The notes below the pieces were generated by a model. That model did no database searches. It had not been told where the DNA came from and was given only the letters and a program-made list of their open reading frames with translations. Shown one piece after another: positions 48,123 through 57,044 of a DNA stretch of 64,000 bases; the stretch's first letter is position 1; the number at the start of each line of letters is the position of its first letter. The stretch is from an uncultured Gammaproteobacteria bacterium (GTDB lineage Bacteria > Pseudomonadota > Gammaproteobacteria > Steroidobacterales > Steroidobacteraceae), in NCBI GenBank assembly GCA_963789375.1, contig CAWBKN010000007.1, positions 36,188-100,187 on the forward strand, in the 5' to 3' direction. The translations under genes were made by a program, and so were the position numbers.

Positions 48123-49797
48123 TCAGAAGAACTTCACGACCTGGACCCAGAAGCGGCTGTCGGCATCCGGAGCCGAGGTCGCTTCGTCGTTACCCAGCTT
48201 GAGGGCGTAAGAGAGCTTCACCATGAAGTTGTTCTCCTCCGCCCAGTTGATCCCCAGGCCCGCGGCACCGAGGCTTCGCCGGTTGTCGCCGGGTGCCCAC
48301 GGATCCTTGTGCAGGGTGACCTCGCCGGTAGTCGACGAAGCCGACCAGACTCAGCGTGCCCGGCATGCGCTCGGAAAACGCCGGCAGTGACCATCGACCT
48401 TCGATGGTCGCCACATAGCCCTGGTCGCCGTAGGCCTCGCCTTCGGGATACGCACGCACGGCGTACGGGCCGCCCAGTCCCATCTTCTCGGAGATGTCGA
48501 GGTTCTTCGACGCGACCTGGCCGTTGAACGAGCCGTAAAGCGAAACGCTGCTGGTCAGGTACTGGAGCCGCGTGACGGTGAGCGCAGCCTTGTCGTAGCG
48601 ACCGTTGGTGCGCGCGGTCGCGGCATCGATGGTGAGAACCTCCGCCGTCTTGATGTCGAGGTCGCCGCTGCTCCAGGTCAGGGACCAGCGCGTGTACCCG
48701 CCGCCGCCCAGCTGGTCGGCGTGATCGCCGTTGGCGTTCAGCATCCAGACGTTCGCGTCCTTGTCGGAAGCCGTGTCGACGATGCCGGCTTCGTCGTGGA
48801 ACTCGCGCTGGTCGTAGCCACCCTGGAGATACAGGTTGGTCGCCCGCGTGCGGAGCAACGGGTAGCTGGCGTAGCCGCTCGCCACCTTCGCGGTACCGTC
48901 GGCTTTCAGGTCCGCGAACTCCTCGCCGAGTCCGTACTGCATGTAGGCGTAAGACGCGCCGAGGCGGAACGCCCCGACCTGGAACTGGTAAGCGGCGCGG
49001 CCGTAGTCAAGGTCGTCCGCGGAAGTCATGCCGCGCAGCGTGAACGAGTCGCCGATGCCGAAGAGTTGATTGAAATTGACCGTGGCGCCGAGGCGGTTCT
49101 GGCCGGTGTAACGATTGCCGCCGTTGTCCGCGTCGACGCTGCCGGTAATGAACTGGCCGGGTTTCACTTCGACGGCCAGATCGGAGGTGCCGACCGTCGC
49201 ACCCGGGGACAGCGTGGCTTTCACCTTGACGCCGGGCAGGTCGGAGAGGAGCAGCAGGCTGCGCTCGAGCGGCGCCGCAGTGACCGGATCACCCGCGCGG
49301 ACATTGTCGTTGAGGAGGCGGTTGGCGAGTCCGTCGTTGACGCGCGACGTGTTGTCGAGCTTCAACTGGCCATAGCGACCTTCCACGACCGTGATGTAGA
49401 CGGTGCCGTCCGTGATCTCCTGCGCGGGCAGGTAGGCCTGCGCGACGAAGTACCCGCGGCGGTGGTAGTAGTCGGCAATGCGGCCGGCCATGGCACGCAA
49501 CTGGGTAAGCGTGAACTGGCCTCCGGCGCCGAAACCGGACTGGGCTATGAGATCACTCTCGGGGAGGGCGGCGGCGCCCGACACACGCAGTCGGGTTACG
49601 GCGAACTTAACCTCGTCCGCAGCGGCGGCTGGCACGGCCGGCGCGGTGCCAGGCTGGACCCTCAACTCGGGAGCCGTCCTTTCCAGGGCGGGCGACTGTG
49701 GGATCTGCTGGATCTGGCTGCCGGCCCGCGGCGGAACTTGAGCGAACACGCCGGGGGCAAGGGCGATCAACGCCAGCACGAGATATCTGCTTTGCAC
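48123..49797 (-). pseudogene. TpsB outer-membrane translocator (ShlB/FhaC/HecB family), one frame break near 48335
   Basis: Signal VQSRYLVLALIALAPGVFAQ (GTG 49797 with GGGGAG RBS). POTRA region ..FAVTRLRVSGAAALPESDL..YYHRRGYFVAQAYLPAQEI.DGTVYITVVEGRYG. Barrel ..GGPYAVRAYPEGEAYGDQGYVATIE.. C-terminus ..FWVQVVKFF in the shifted frame. Confidence 0.85.
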
Positions 49798-50184
49798 CGT
49801 GGGCTCCCCTTTGTTCTGGCACGGGGTGACCAGGGCTGGGGGCACGGGCGAGTCTTTGCACCATGGCGCACCGGCTGCTCGCGGCGGTCAACTCTGGGCG
49901 CACGTATGCATCAGATCGAAGTTATGTCATGTCAGACAATCGGGGAAAGCAACTATGCAGCCTGCCTTGGCTGCTGGACGCCTGCCACGCGGCCTGCTCG
50001 TCATCGACACGCGCAAGAGCTGTCCTGCGGTTGTCGCGTAATCCAAGGCAGGCCCGGCCCGCAAGCGGGAAAACCCGTAATTTCTACGCGGTCCCCTGTC
50101 GCTATCAGGCGTAAGAATAATGTCTAATTTCACCCTACGACGCAGCCGGCACCGGTGTCCCCGCTGGCGTCGCGGAGCGCTTCG

Positions 50185-51220
50185 ATGCACATGGCCGATG
50201 CACTTCTGTCCCCGGCAGTGGGCGGGACGATGTGGGCTGCAACCGCAGTCACGGTCGCATATTGCTCGCGCCGGCTGAGCCACGACGCGGACGACCGTCG
50301 GGTGCCGTTGATGGGTGTGCTCGGCGCTTTCCTGTTCGCCGCGCAGATGATCAATTTCGCCATCCCGGGCACCGGATCGAGCGGCCACCTCGGCGGCGGC
50401 TTGCTGCTCGCGATCCTGCTCGGCCCGCACGCTGCCTTCCTCGTCATGGCCTCGGTGCTCATCGTGCAGGCGCTGTTCTTCGCCGACGGCGGCCTGCTCG
50501 CACTCGGCTGCAACATCTTCAACCTCGGCTTCTTCCCGGCGTTCGTCGGCTATCCCGTTGTACCGATACCTGGCCGGGGACGCGCCCAGTACGCCTCGCG
50601 CCTCGGTCGCCGCCGTGCTTGCAGCGGTGCTGTCGCTGCAACTGGGCGCCTTCGCCGTCGTGCTGCAGACCGTCGCCTCGGGCATTTCGGCGCTGCCGTT
50701 CGGTACGTTCCTCACGTTCATGCTGCCGATCCACCTGGCGATCGGCATCGTCGAGGGCGCAGTCACCGCCACCGTCATCTCCTTCGTTCGCGCTGCACGC
50801 CCCGGCATGTTGCCGGTGGCGGGACGTTCCGGGCACGCCGTGCGCGGCATGGCGTCTGCCCTCCTCGTCGTCGCCCTTGCGCTCGGCGGCGTGGGCAGCT
50901 GGTTCGCGTCGACGAACCCGGACGGACTCGAATGGTCGATTGCCAGGGTCACCGGTTCGATCGAACCCGAAACCTCGCAAACCGGGGTGCAGGCTGCACT
51001 GGGTCGACTGCAGCAGCGGACCGCGATCCTGCCGGGCTATGGAGTTGGCGACGGGTCGATCACGGGCGCGCAGAAGGTCCAGGACCCGGGCGTGATCCCC
51101 CAGGGCGACAGCAGCGAGCGTCTTGGGAAGTCCCTGGCTGGGGTGATCGGCGGTTCGATCAGCCTTGTGCTCGCATTGCTCGTCGGCTTTGCGTTGAGAC
51201 TGTGGTCCGGGCGACGCTGA
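50185..51220 (+). pseudogene. cbiM: ECF transporter substrate-capture component CbiM/NikM fused to a PDGLE domain; one frame break near 50555
   Basis: MHMADALLSPAVGGTMW..GTGSSGHLGGGLLLAILLGP..QALFFADGGLLALGCNIFNLG (ORF 50155..). ..LPIHLAIGIVEGAVTA.. and ..WFASTNPDGLEWSIAR.. (ORF 50558..51220). Confidence 0.8.
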
Positions 51221-51224
51221 TCCC

Positions 51225-52040
51225 GTGTCCGCTCCCGCAGTCCTCACCAGCCTTCTCGACTTCCGACGCCTCGATCTGCTGGCGACTGGCGATTCGGCGC
51301 TGCATCGTCTCGACGCCCGCGCAAAGGTCCTCGTCACGCTGGTTTTCATCGTCTGCACGATGTCATTTCACCGCTATGCGGTGGCATCGCTCATCCCGTT
51401 CTTCGTTTACCCGGCGGCGGTCGTCACGGCGGCCCGGCTGCCGATCGCATTCCTGTTGCGCAAGGTCGCCCTCGTGCTGCCGGTGGCGCTGCTGATCGGG
51501 CTGCCGAATCCCTGGTTCGATCGCGCGGTGATGTTGCAGCTGGGTGGGCTGGAAGTGAGTGGCGGCTGGATCTCGCTGCTTTCGATCGTGCTGCGATCGT
51601 TGCTTGCCGCCGCGGCTGCCATCGCGCTGGTGGCAGTCACGGGGTTTCCGGCGATCTGCGGCGCACTGGAGCGGATGGGCATGCCTCGCTCGCTGGCGGT
51701 ACAGCTGCTCTTCCTCTATCGCTACCTGGCCGTCCTCGGCGAGGAGGCCGTGCGGATGACGGTCGCCCGTGAGCAGCGCGGCGGCGGGCGCCCGTTGTCG
51801 ATTCGCCTCTACGGGACGCTGGTCGGTCGCCTGCTGCTCAGGACCTGGGACCGGGCGGAGCGCATCTATCTCGCGATGTGCGCTCGCGGCTTTACCGGCG
51901 ACTTTCGTGGCGGCCCGCCGTCAGGATTCGGGCGCCCTGGCATCGCCTACGTGGCCGGTTGGTGCGGACTCTTCCTGCTGCTTCGCACCCAGGACGTGAC
52001 CGGCTGGCTCGGCGCGGCGGCGCTCGGTGTGCTGCGATGA
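51225..52040 (+). CDS. cbiQ: ECF transporter transmembrane (T) component CbiQ/NikQ
   Basis: Intact 271 aa. ..LHRLDARAKVLVTLVFIV.., ..MPRSLAVQLLFLYRYLAVLGEEAVRMTVAREQRG.. (CbiQ signature region). GTG start 4 nt after cbiM. Confidence 0.8.
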   Translation: MSAPAVLTSLLDFRRLDLLATGDSALHRLDARAKVLVTLVFIVCTMSFHRYAVASLIPFFVYPAAVVTAARLPIAFLLRKVALVLPVALLIGLPNPWFDRAVMLQLGGLEVSGGWISLLSIVLRSLLAAAAAIALVAVTGFPAICGALERMGMPRSLAVQLLFLYRYLAVLGEEAVRMTVAREQRGGGRPLSIRLYGTLVGRLLLRTWDRAERIYLAMCARGFTGDFRGGPPSGFGRPGIAYVAGWCGLFLLLRTQDVTGWLGAAALGVLR

Positions 52041-52795
52041 GCCACCACCTGGTCGAAGCCCGCGGGCTGTCGCACGTCTACGAGGACGGCACCGTCGCGC
52101 TGAAGGACGTGTCGTTCCGGATAACGCACGGCGAGTCGGTCGCGATCATCGGCGCCAACGGCGCGGGCAAGTCCACGCTGCTCATGCATCTCAACGGCCA
52201 TCTGAGCCCGACGAGTGGTGAGATCCGCATCGGGGAGACGCCGCTCACGAAGGAGACCCTGCCAGCGATTCGCCGGACGGTCGGCCTGGTCTTCCAGGAT
52301 CCCGACGACCAGCTGTTCATGCCGACGGTCTACGACGACGTCGCGTTCGGCCCGCGCAACCAGGGGTTGCCCGAGGCGGAAGTCGACCGCAGGGTTCACG
52401 AGGCACTGCAGCGTGTCGGGGTCTGGCACGTTCGCCGCAAGCCCCCCTACCGGCTGTCCGGCGGCGAGAAGAAGCGGGCCGCGATCGCCGGCGTCCTGGC
52501 GATGGCGCCGGACATCCTGGTGATGGATGAGCCGACCAGCGGACTCGACCCGTACGCGCGCCGGCAACTGATCGAACTGCTCGGCGAGTTCCATCACACA
52601 CGAATTTTCACGAGCCACGACCTCGACATGGTCCTGGACCTCTGCCCGCGAACGATCGTCCTGCTCGAGGGCGCGGTGATGGCCGACGGGCCGACCCGGG
52701 ACATATTCGCGGACGATGCCCTGCTGTCGAGATGCCGGCTCGAGCGGCCACTGGCCCTGCAGGCTTGTCCGGTCTGCGGATCCAGGCGCGACTGA
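52037..52795 (+). CDS. cbiO: ECF transporter ATPase component CbiO/NikO
   Basis: ATGA overlap with cbiQ. Walker A GANGAGKST, signature LSGGEKKR, Walker B ILVMDEPTSGLD. Confidence 0.88.
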   Translation: MSHHLVEARGLSHVYEDGTVALKDVSFRITHGESVAIIGANGAGKSTLLMHLNGHLSPTSGEIRIGETPLTKETLPAIRRTVGLVFQDPDDQLFMPTVYDDVAFGPRNQGLPEAEVDRRVHEALQRVGVWHVRRKPPYRLSGGEKKRAAIAGVLAMAPDILVMDEPTSGLDPYARRQLIELLGEFHHTRIFTSHDLDMVLDLCPRTIVLLEGAVMADGPTRDIFADDALLSRCRLERPLALQACPVCGSRRD

Positions 52796-52808
52796 GAGGG
52801 AAAAGAGC

Positions 52809-53279
52809 ATGGAACGAATCACGATGTCGATCGACGAGGAGCTCGCGAAGGCGTTCGACGAGTTGATTGCAGCCCGGGGCTACACGAGTCGATCCGAGGC
52901 GATGCGCGACCTGCTGCGTCGCGAGGTGGGGACACGCCGTGCCAGCGACAAGCCGCGCTCGCAATGCGTGGCCAGCCTGTCCTACGTGTACAACCATCAC
53001 GTGCGCGACCTGGCGGAGCGCCTGACGGCTGCGCAACACGCGCACCACAGCCTCGTCGTCGCGACGACGCACCTGCATCTGGATCACGAGCATTGCCTGG
53101 AGAACGTGTTCCTCAAGGGACCGACGCTGACCGTACGCGAGTTCGCAGACAGCGTTCTTGCCGAACGTGGGGTTGCGTACGGCGCGATCAACCTCATCAC
53201 CGTGGAGGGCAGCGACAGGCACCCGCTCGCCGCTCCGCACCAGCATCACGGACACATGCACCTGACGCCGGTCACCTGA
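52809..53279 (+). CDS. nikR: Nickel-responsive repressor NikR
   Basis: RHH N-terminus MERITMSIDEELAKAFDELIAARGYTSRSEAMRDLLR. C-domain SLSYVYNHHVRDLAERLTAAQHAHHSLVVATTHLHLDHEHCLE is collinear with the E. coli NikR Ni-site residues. His-rich tail HQHHGHMH. Confidence 0.88.
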   Translation: MERITMSIDEELAKAFDELIAARGYTSRSEAMRDLLRREVGTRRASDKPRSQCVASLSYVYNHHVRDLAERLTAAQHAHHSLVVATTHLHLDHEHCLENVFLKGPTLTVREFADSVLAERGVAYGAINLITVEGSDRHPLAAPHQHHGHMHLTPVT

Positions 53280-53925
53280 CCCCGCCGCAGTTCACGGCTG
53301 CAAGTTTCCGGTCCCGGGTCGACTTGAAGCGCTTCAGGCGATAATGCGCCTCGCGCTCGCGTTCGCCGAGAAACTGCACGATGGTGCGGATCTCGGCCTG
53401 CAACCGGGGCAGCACCCGCTCTTCGAGCACCCGGGTCCGCCGCGTCACGCGCAGGATCTCCTCACCGAGCATCTTGAGCTTGCTCTCGAACGCGGCAATT
53501 TCCAGCATCGTCTCGAGGATCGACTCGAACAGGCGCGTGGCCTCGTCCAGGTGCGGCGTAGTGACGGTGTAGTCGTAGCCACGCTCCGCGGGCTGGCGCA
53601 CGAACGGGCCGAACACGGTGAGCTCACGGTAGCGCACGCCCATCGCATTGCGTTCCTCGACGTCGACGCCGACCGGGCGCTCGGCCAGCGAGGCCAGCGA
53701 CTCGATGCTCGCCATGCCTTCGTGGCCCTCGCTCAGGTGCAGCTCGCCGAGCGCCTTCGCGTAATCGAGCCGGATGGCATCCCGCGAGCGCACGAACGGA
53801 CGGATCGACTCGAGGAAGTCGCGAATCAGTGCCTGGCGCCGCGCCTTCAGGATCGCGACGCTGTTGCCGATCGAGGCGGCCTTGCCCTGCAGCTCGCGCA
53901 GGTCCGTGCGAGTCGGATGGATCAT
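53272..53925 (-). CDS. V/A-type ATPase subunit D
   Basis: Intact 217 aa. MIHPTRTDLRELQGKAASIGNSVAILKARRQALIRDFLE.. coiled-coil central-stalk subunit. Last gene of the operon. Confidence 0.85.
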   Translation of the reverse strand: MIHPTRTDLRELQGKAASIGNSVAILKARRQALIRDFLESIRPFVRSRDAIRLDYAKALGELHLSEGHEGMASIESLASLAERPVGVDVEERNAMGVRYRELTVFGPFVRQPAERGYDYTVTTPHLDEATRLFESILETMLEIAAFESKLKMLGEEILRVTRRTRVLEERVLPRLQAEIRTIVQFLGEREREAHYRLKRFKSTRDRKLAAVNCGGVR

Positions 53926-55265
53926 GCCAGCGGCAGCCCGAACCGTTCGAGCAACGCCCGACTGGTGTCGAGCGTATCGCCGATCGTGCGTCGAACGGCG
54001 CCCTGGTGCACCACCTCGCGTTCGAACGCGTCGGCGAATTCCAGCATGCGCTTGTCCGCGTCGCTCAGGCCTTCGCGGCCGACGATGGCCTCGAGTCGCC
54101 GCAGGTCACGCCCCTTGGCGTAGTGCATGTACAGCGCGTTGGCCACGGCGCGGTGGTCTTCGCGCGTGCGGCCCTTGCCTATGCCCCGCTGCATCAGCCG
54201 CGAGAGGCTCGGCAGCACGTCCACGGGCGGGAAGACGCCCCGCTGGTGCAGCTCGCGGCTCAGGACGATCTGCCCCTCCGTGATGTATCCCGTCAGGTCG
54301 GGGATCGGGTGGGTGATGTCGTCTTCCGGCATGGTCACGATCGGCAGCATCGTCACCGAGCCCGGACTCTGCTTGATGCGGCCTGCGCGCTCGAAGAGCG
54401 ACGCGAGGTCGGAATACAGGTAGCCCGGATAGCCGCGCCTGCCGGGCAGTTCTTCGCGCGCCGTGGAGACTTCGCGCAGCGCGTCGCAGTAGTTCGTCAT
54501 GTCGGTCACTACGACGAGCACGTCGCGCCCATGCTCGAACGCCAGGTACTCGGCCACCGTGAGCCCGAACCGCGGCGCCAGCAGGCGCTCGACGACCGGG
54601 TCCTTCGCCAGGTTGATGAATGCGACGTAGTCGCCGCGGACCTGCTCGAGCGTGCGCCGATAGAAGGCGTACTCGTGGTACGCAAGACCCAGCGCGACGA
54701 AGACCACGATCGAGCGCTTGCCGGGCCCGGACTCGTCGCCGCCCGTCGTCCTGGCCTGCTCGAGGATGCGCGCGGCGATCTCGCGCGACGGCAACCCGGC
54801 GCAGGAAAAGATCGGCAGCTTCTGCCCCTTCACGAGCGTGTTCAGCCCGTCGATGCACGACAGACCGGTCTCGATCATCTCCTGCGGGCGCTCGCGTGCC
54901 ACCGGGTTGATCGGAAAGCCCGTCACCGGCGCCCATTTCTCCGGCAGGAACATCGGCATGCCATCGAGCGGCTGGAACGACCCGCCGAAGGTCCGGTTGA
55001 GCACCGCGAGCGACAGGGGTGCCCGCTTGATGGTGTCGGTGAACACGACGCGGGAGCGGTCGAGGTCCAGGCCGCGGCTGTCGCCGATCACCTGGATCAG
55101 CACCGTGTCGCGCTCGATCCGCAGCACCTCGCCTTCCGCCTCGTGACCGTCCGGGAACACGATCGTGACGACCTCGCCCATGCGGGCTGCGACGACCGAG
55201 TCGACGAACAGCAGCGGCCCCTGGATGCTGCGCAGCGTTGCGTAGCTATGCTGGCTGAGTCGCAT
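53922..55265 (-). CDS. V/A-type ATPase subunit B
   Basis: MRLSQHSYATLRSIQGPLLFVDS...; ..YPGYLYSDLASLFERAG.., ..VTMLPIVTMPEDDITHPIPDLTGYITEGQIVL.. Intact. An alternative upstream start is at 55313. Confidence 0.92.
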   Translation of the reverse strand: MRLSQHSYATLRSIQGPLLFVDSVVAARMGEVVTIVFPDGHEAEGEVLRIERDTVLIQVIGDSRGLDLDRSRVVFTDTIKRAPLSLAVLNRTFGGSFQPLDGMPMFLPEKWAPVTGFPINPVARERPQEMIETGLSCIDGLNTLVKGQKLPIFSCAGLPSREIAARILEQARTTGGDESGPGKRSIVVFVALGLAYHEYAFYRRTLEQVRGDYVAFINLAKDPVVERLLAPRFGLTVAEYLAFEHGRDVLVVVTDMTNYCDALREVSTAREELPGRRGYPGYLYSDLASLFERAGRIKQSPGSVTMLPIVTMPEDDITHPIPDLTGYITEGQIVLSRELHQRGVFPPVDVLPSLSRLMQRGIGKGRTREDHRAVANALYMHYAKGRDLRRLEAIVGREGLSDADKRMLEFADAFEREVVHQGAVRRTIGDTLDTSRALLERFGLPLA

Positions 55266-56727
55266 GGTGTCCGTCCGTGCTTGCGGCTTCGGCCGCGGCG
55301 CCTTCAATGACATTCCTCAGCGTCTCGCCCTGCGCGAGCCTCGCGGCGGCTGCGTCGTGCTCGGCGAGCAATCGCCGGATCGCGGCGCCGGTCTGCAGCG
55401 GCGTCGAGAATGCATCCTCGGTGTAGGCGTTCTGCGCGAGGAATTTCTGCCGGATCAGTTCCGTCGTGCGCATGAGCAACCGGTCGGCGTCCTGCAGACC
55501 CTCGGTGCCCACGATCTCCGCGACCTCCCGCAGGCTTTCCTCCCGTTGCAGCAACTCTCGCGTCCTCTGCCGCAGCGCGCCCCAGTCCGGGGCGACCTGC
55601 TGCTCCAGGTGCGCGACGACCTCGGCTTCGTACAGCGAAAAGCTCCTGAACCAGTGGATGGCCGGGAAGTGCCTGCGGTGCGCAAGCGACGTGTCGAGCA
55701 TGAAGAACGCGCCGGTATTGCGCAGGCACGACTGCGTGACGGGTTCGGTGAAGTCGCCGCCCGGCGGCGAAATGGAAAGCAGCACGGTCAATGAACCGAT
55801 CTTGCCGTCGAGCGTCTCGACGACGCCTGCGCGCGCGAAGAACTCGGCGAGGCGCGAACCGAGGTACGTCGGATAGCCCTCCTCGCCCGGCATTTCCTCG
55901 AGCGCCGACGAAATTTCCCGCAGGGCTTCGGCCCAGCGCGACAGGCTGTCCGCCAGCAGCAGCACGTGCTTGCCCATGTCGCGGAAATACTCGGCCATGG
56001 TGACGGCCGTGTAGATGGACGCTTCGCGCGCCGCGACGGGCATGTTCGACGTGTTGACGACGACGATGGTCCGTTCCATGAGCGGACGCTTGCGCCACGG
56101 ATCCTCGAGCACGGAAAAATCGTCGAGCATTTCCGCCATCTCGTTGCCGCGCTCGCCGCAGCCCACGTAGACGACGATGTCGACCTCGGCGAACTTCGCA
56201 ATGGACTGCTCGAGCAGCGTCTTGCCCGTGCCGAAGCCGCCGGGAAAGATCGCACTGCCGCCGCGCGCGAGCGGGAACAGGAAGTCGATGCTGCGTTGCC
56301 CCGTGACCAGAGGCTCGAAGGTCGACAGCTTGCGTCGATAGGGCCTTGGCAGGCGGACGGGCCAGTCTTCCGCCGCGCCGGCGTCATCCTTCCCGGCCTC
56401 GACCGTCCCCGCGGACTCTCCCGGCCGCAGGAATGGCCCGTGTGCCCGGTGCATCGCCTCGAGCGGGCGCTGCAGGCCATCGAACATGTGCCCGAGCAGA
56501 CCGGGCTCGAGCCTCACGGTGAGCTGTGTGCCCGTGCCGATGACGGGCTCGCCGACACCGAGCCCGCGCGTGCTTTCGTACACCTGCACGATCGCCCGTC
56601 CACGCTCGAGGCGGACCACTTCGCCCATCAGCGCGGCGTGCCCCACGGTGACCCGCTCGTAGAGCAGCAGGCCCGGCAGGTCGACCGTGACCGTCGGGCC
56701 CGAGATGCCGATGATGCGCCCTTCCAT
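55246..56727 (-). CDS. V/A-type ATPase catalytic subunit A, short form (493 aa) lacking the bulge/non-homologous region
   Basis: [15 protein letters not shown].., P-loop GGFGTGKT at about residue 163, A-subunit signatures VYVGCGERGNEMAEML and SRWAEALREISSALEEMPGEEGYPTYLGSRLAEFFARAG. Intact. ATGA overlap with subunit F. Confidence 0.92.
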   Translation of the reverse strand: MEGRIIGISGPTVTVDLPGLLLYERVTVGHAALMGEVVRLERGRAIVQVYESTRGLGVGEPVIGTGTQLTVRLEPGLLGHMFDGLQRPLEAMHRAHGPFLRPGESAGTVEAGKDDAGAAEDWPVRLPRPYRRKLSTFEPLVTGQRSIDFLFPLARGGSAIFPGGFGTGKTLLEQSIAKFAEVDIVVYVGCGERGNEMAEMLDDFSVLEDPWRKRPLMERTIVVVNTSNMPVAAREASIYTAVTMAEYFRDMGKHVLLLADSLSRWAEALREISSALEEMPGEEGYPTYLGSRLAEFFARAGVVETLDGKIGSLTVLLSISPPGGDFTEPVTQSCLRNTGAFFMLDTSLAHRRHFPAIHWFRSFSLYEAEVVAHLEQQVAPDWGALRQRTRELLQREESLREVAEIVGTEGLQDADRLLMRTTELIRQKFLAQNAYTEDAFSTPLQTGAAIRRLLAEHDAAAARLAQGETLRNVIEGAAAEAASTDGHHATQPA

Positions 56728-57044
56728 CAGCTGAGCCTCACCTGGTAGCCGATGGCACGGCGAATCAACTGCAGGACGTAGTCCTCCTCGACGGCCTCGC
56801 CCTTCTTCGGGGCGGGCAGTGCGATCACGAGTCCCGGCCACGCCCTGTCCAGCTCGCGCATCAGCTCGCGCATCGCCCTGCTGACGAGCCTTTCGTCGAT
56901 GATCACGAGGCCCGCCAACGGGTCGCGTGAGATCGCGCGAAGTACGCCTGGCGCCTGGTCGGCGTCCGCACTGAGCTGCCGGACTCCGGCAAGCGTGAAT
57001 CCGTGCATCGCATCCGGTGGCGTGACGACCACGATTTTTTTCAT
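56727..57044 (-). CDS. V/A-type ATPase subunit F
   Basis: [24 protein letters not shown]...LVIIDERL..., 105 aa. In the ORF track it is artificially fused to subunit C (ORF 56727..57977). Confidence 0.8.
   Translation of the reverse strand: MKKIVVVTPPDAMHGFTLAGVRQLSADADQAPGVLRAISRDPLAGLVIIDERLVSRAMRELMRELDRAWPGLVIALPAPKKGEAVEEDYVLQLIRRAIGYQVRLS

Noticed and set aside
49904-49932. GTATGC-N17-TCATGT as a bona fide NikR operator.
   Set aside because: Both half-sites carry mismatches, the spacing is off by one relative to the E. coli-type box, and the site is about 250 nt from the nikM start. It is kept only as a weak candidate inside the regulatory-region finding.
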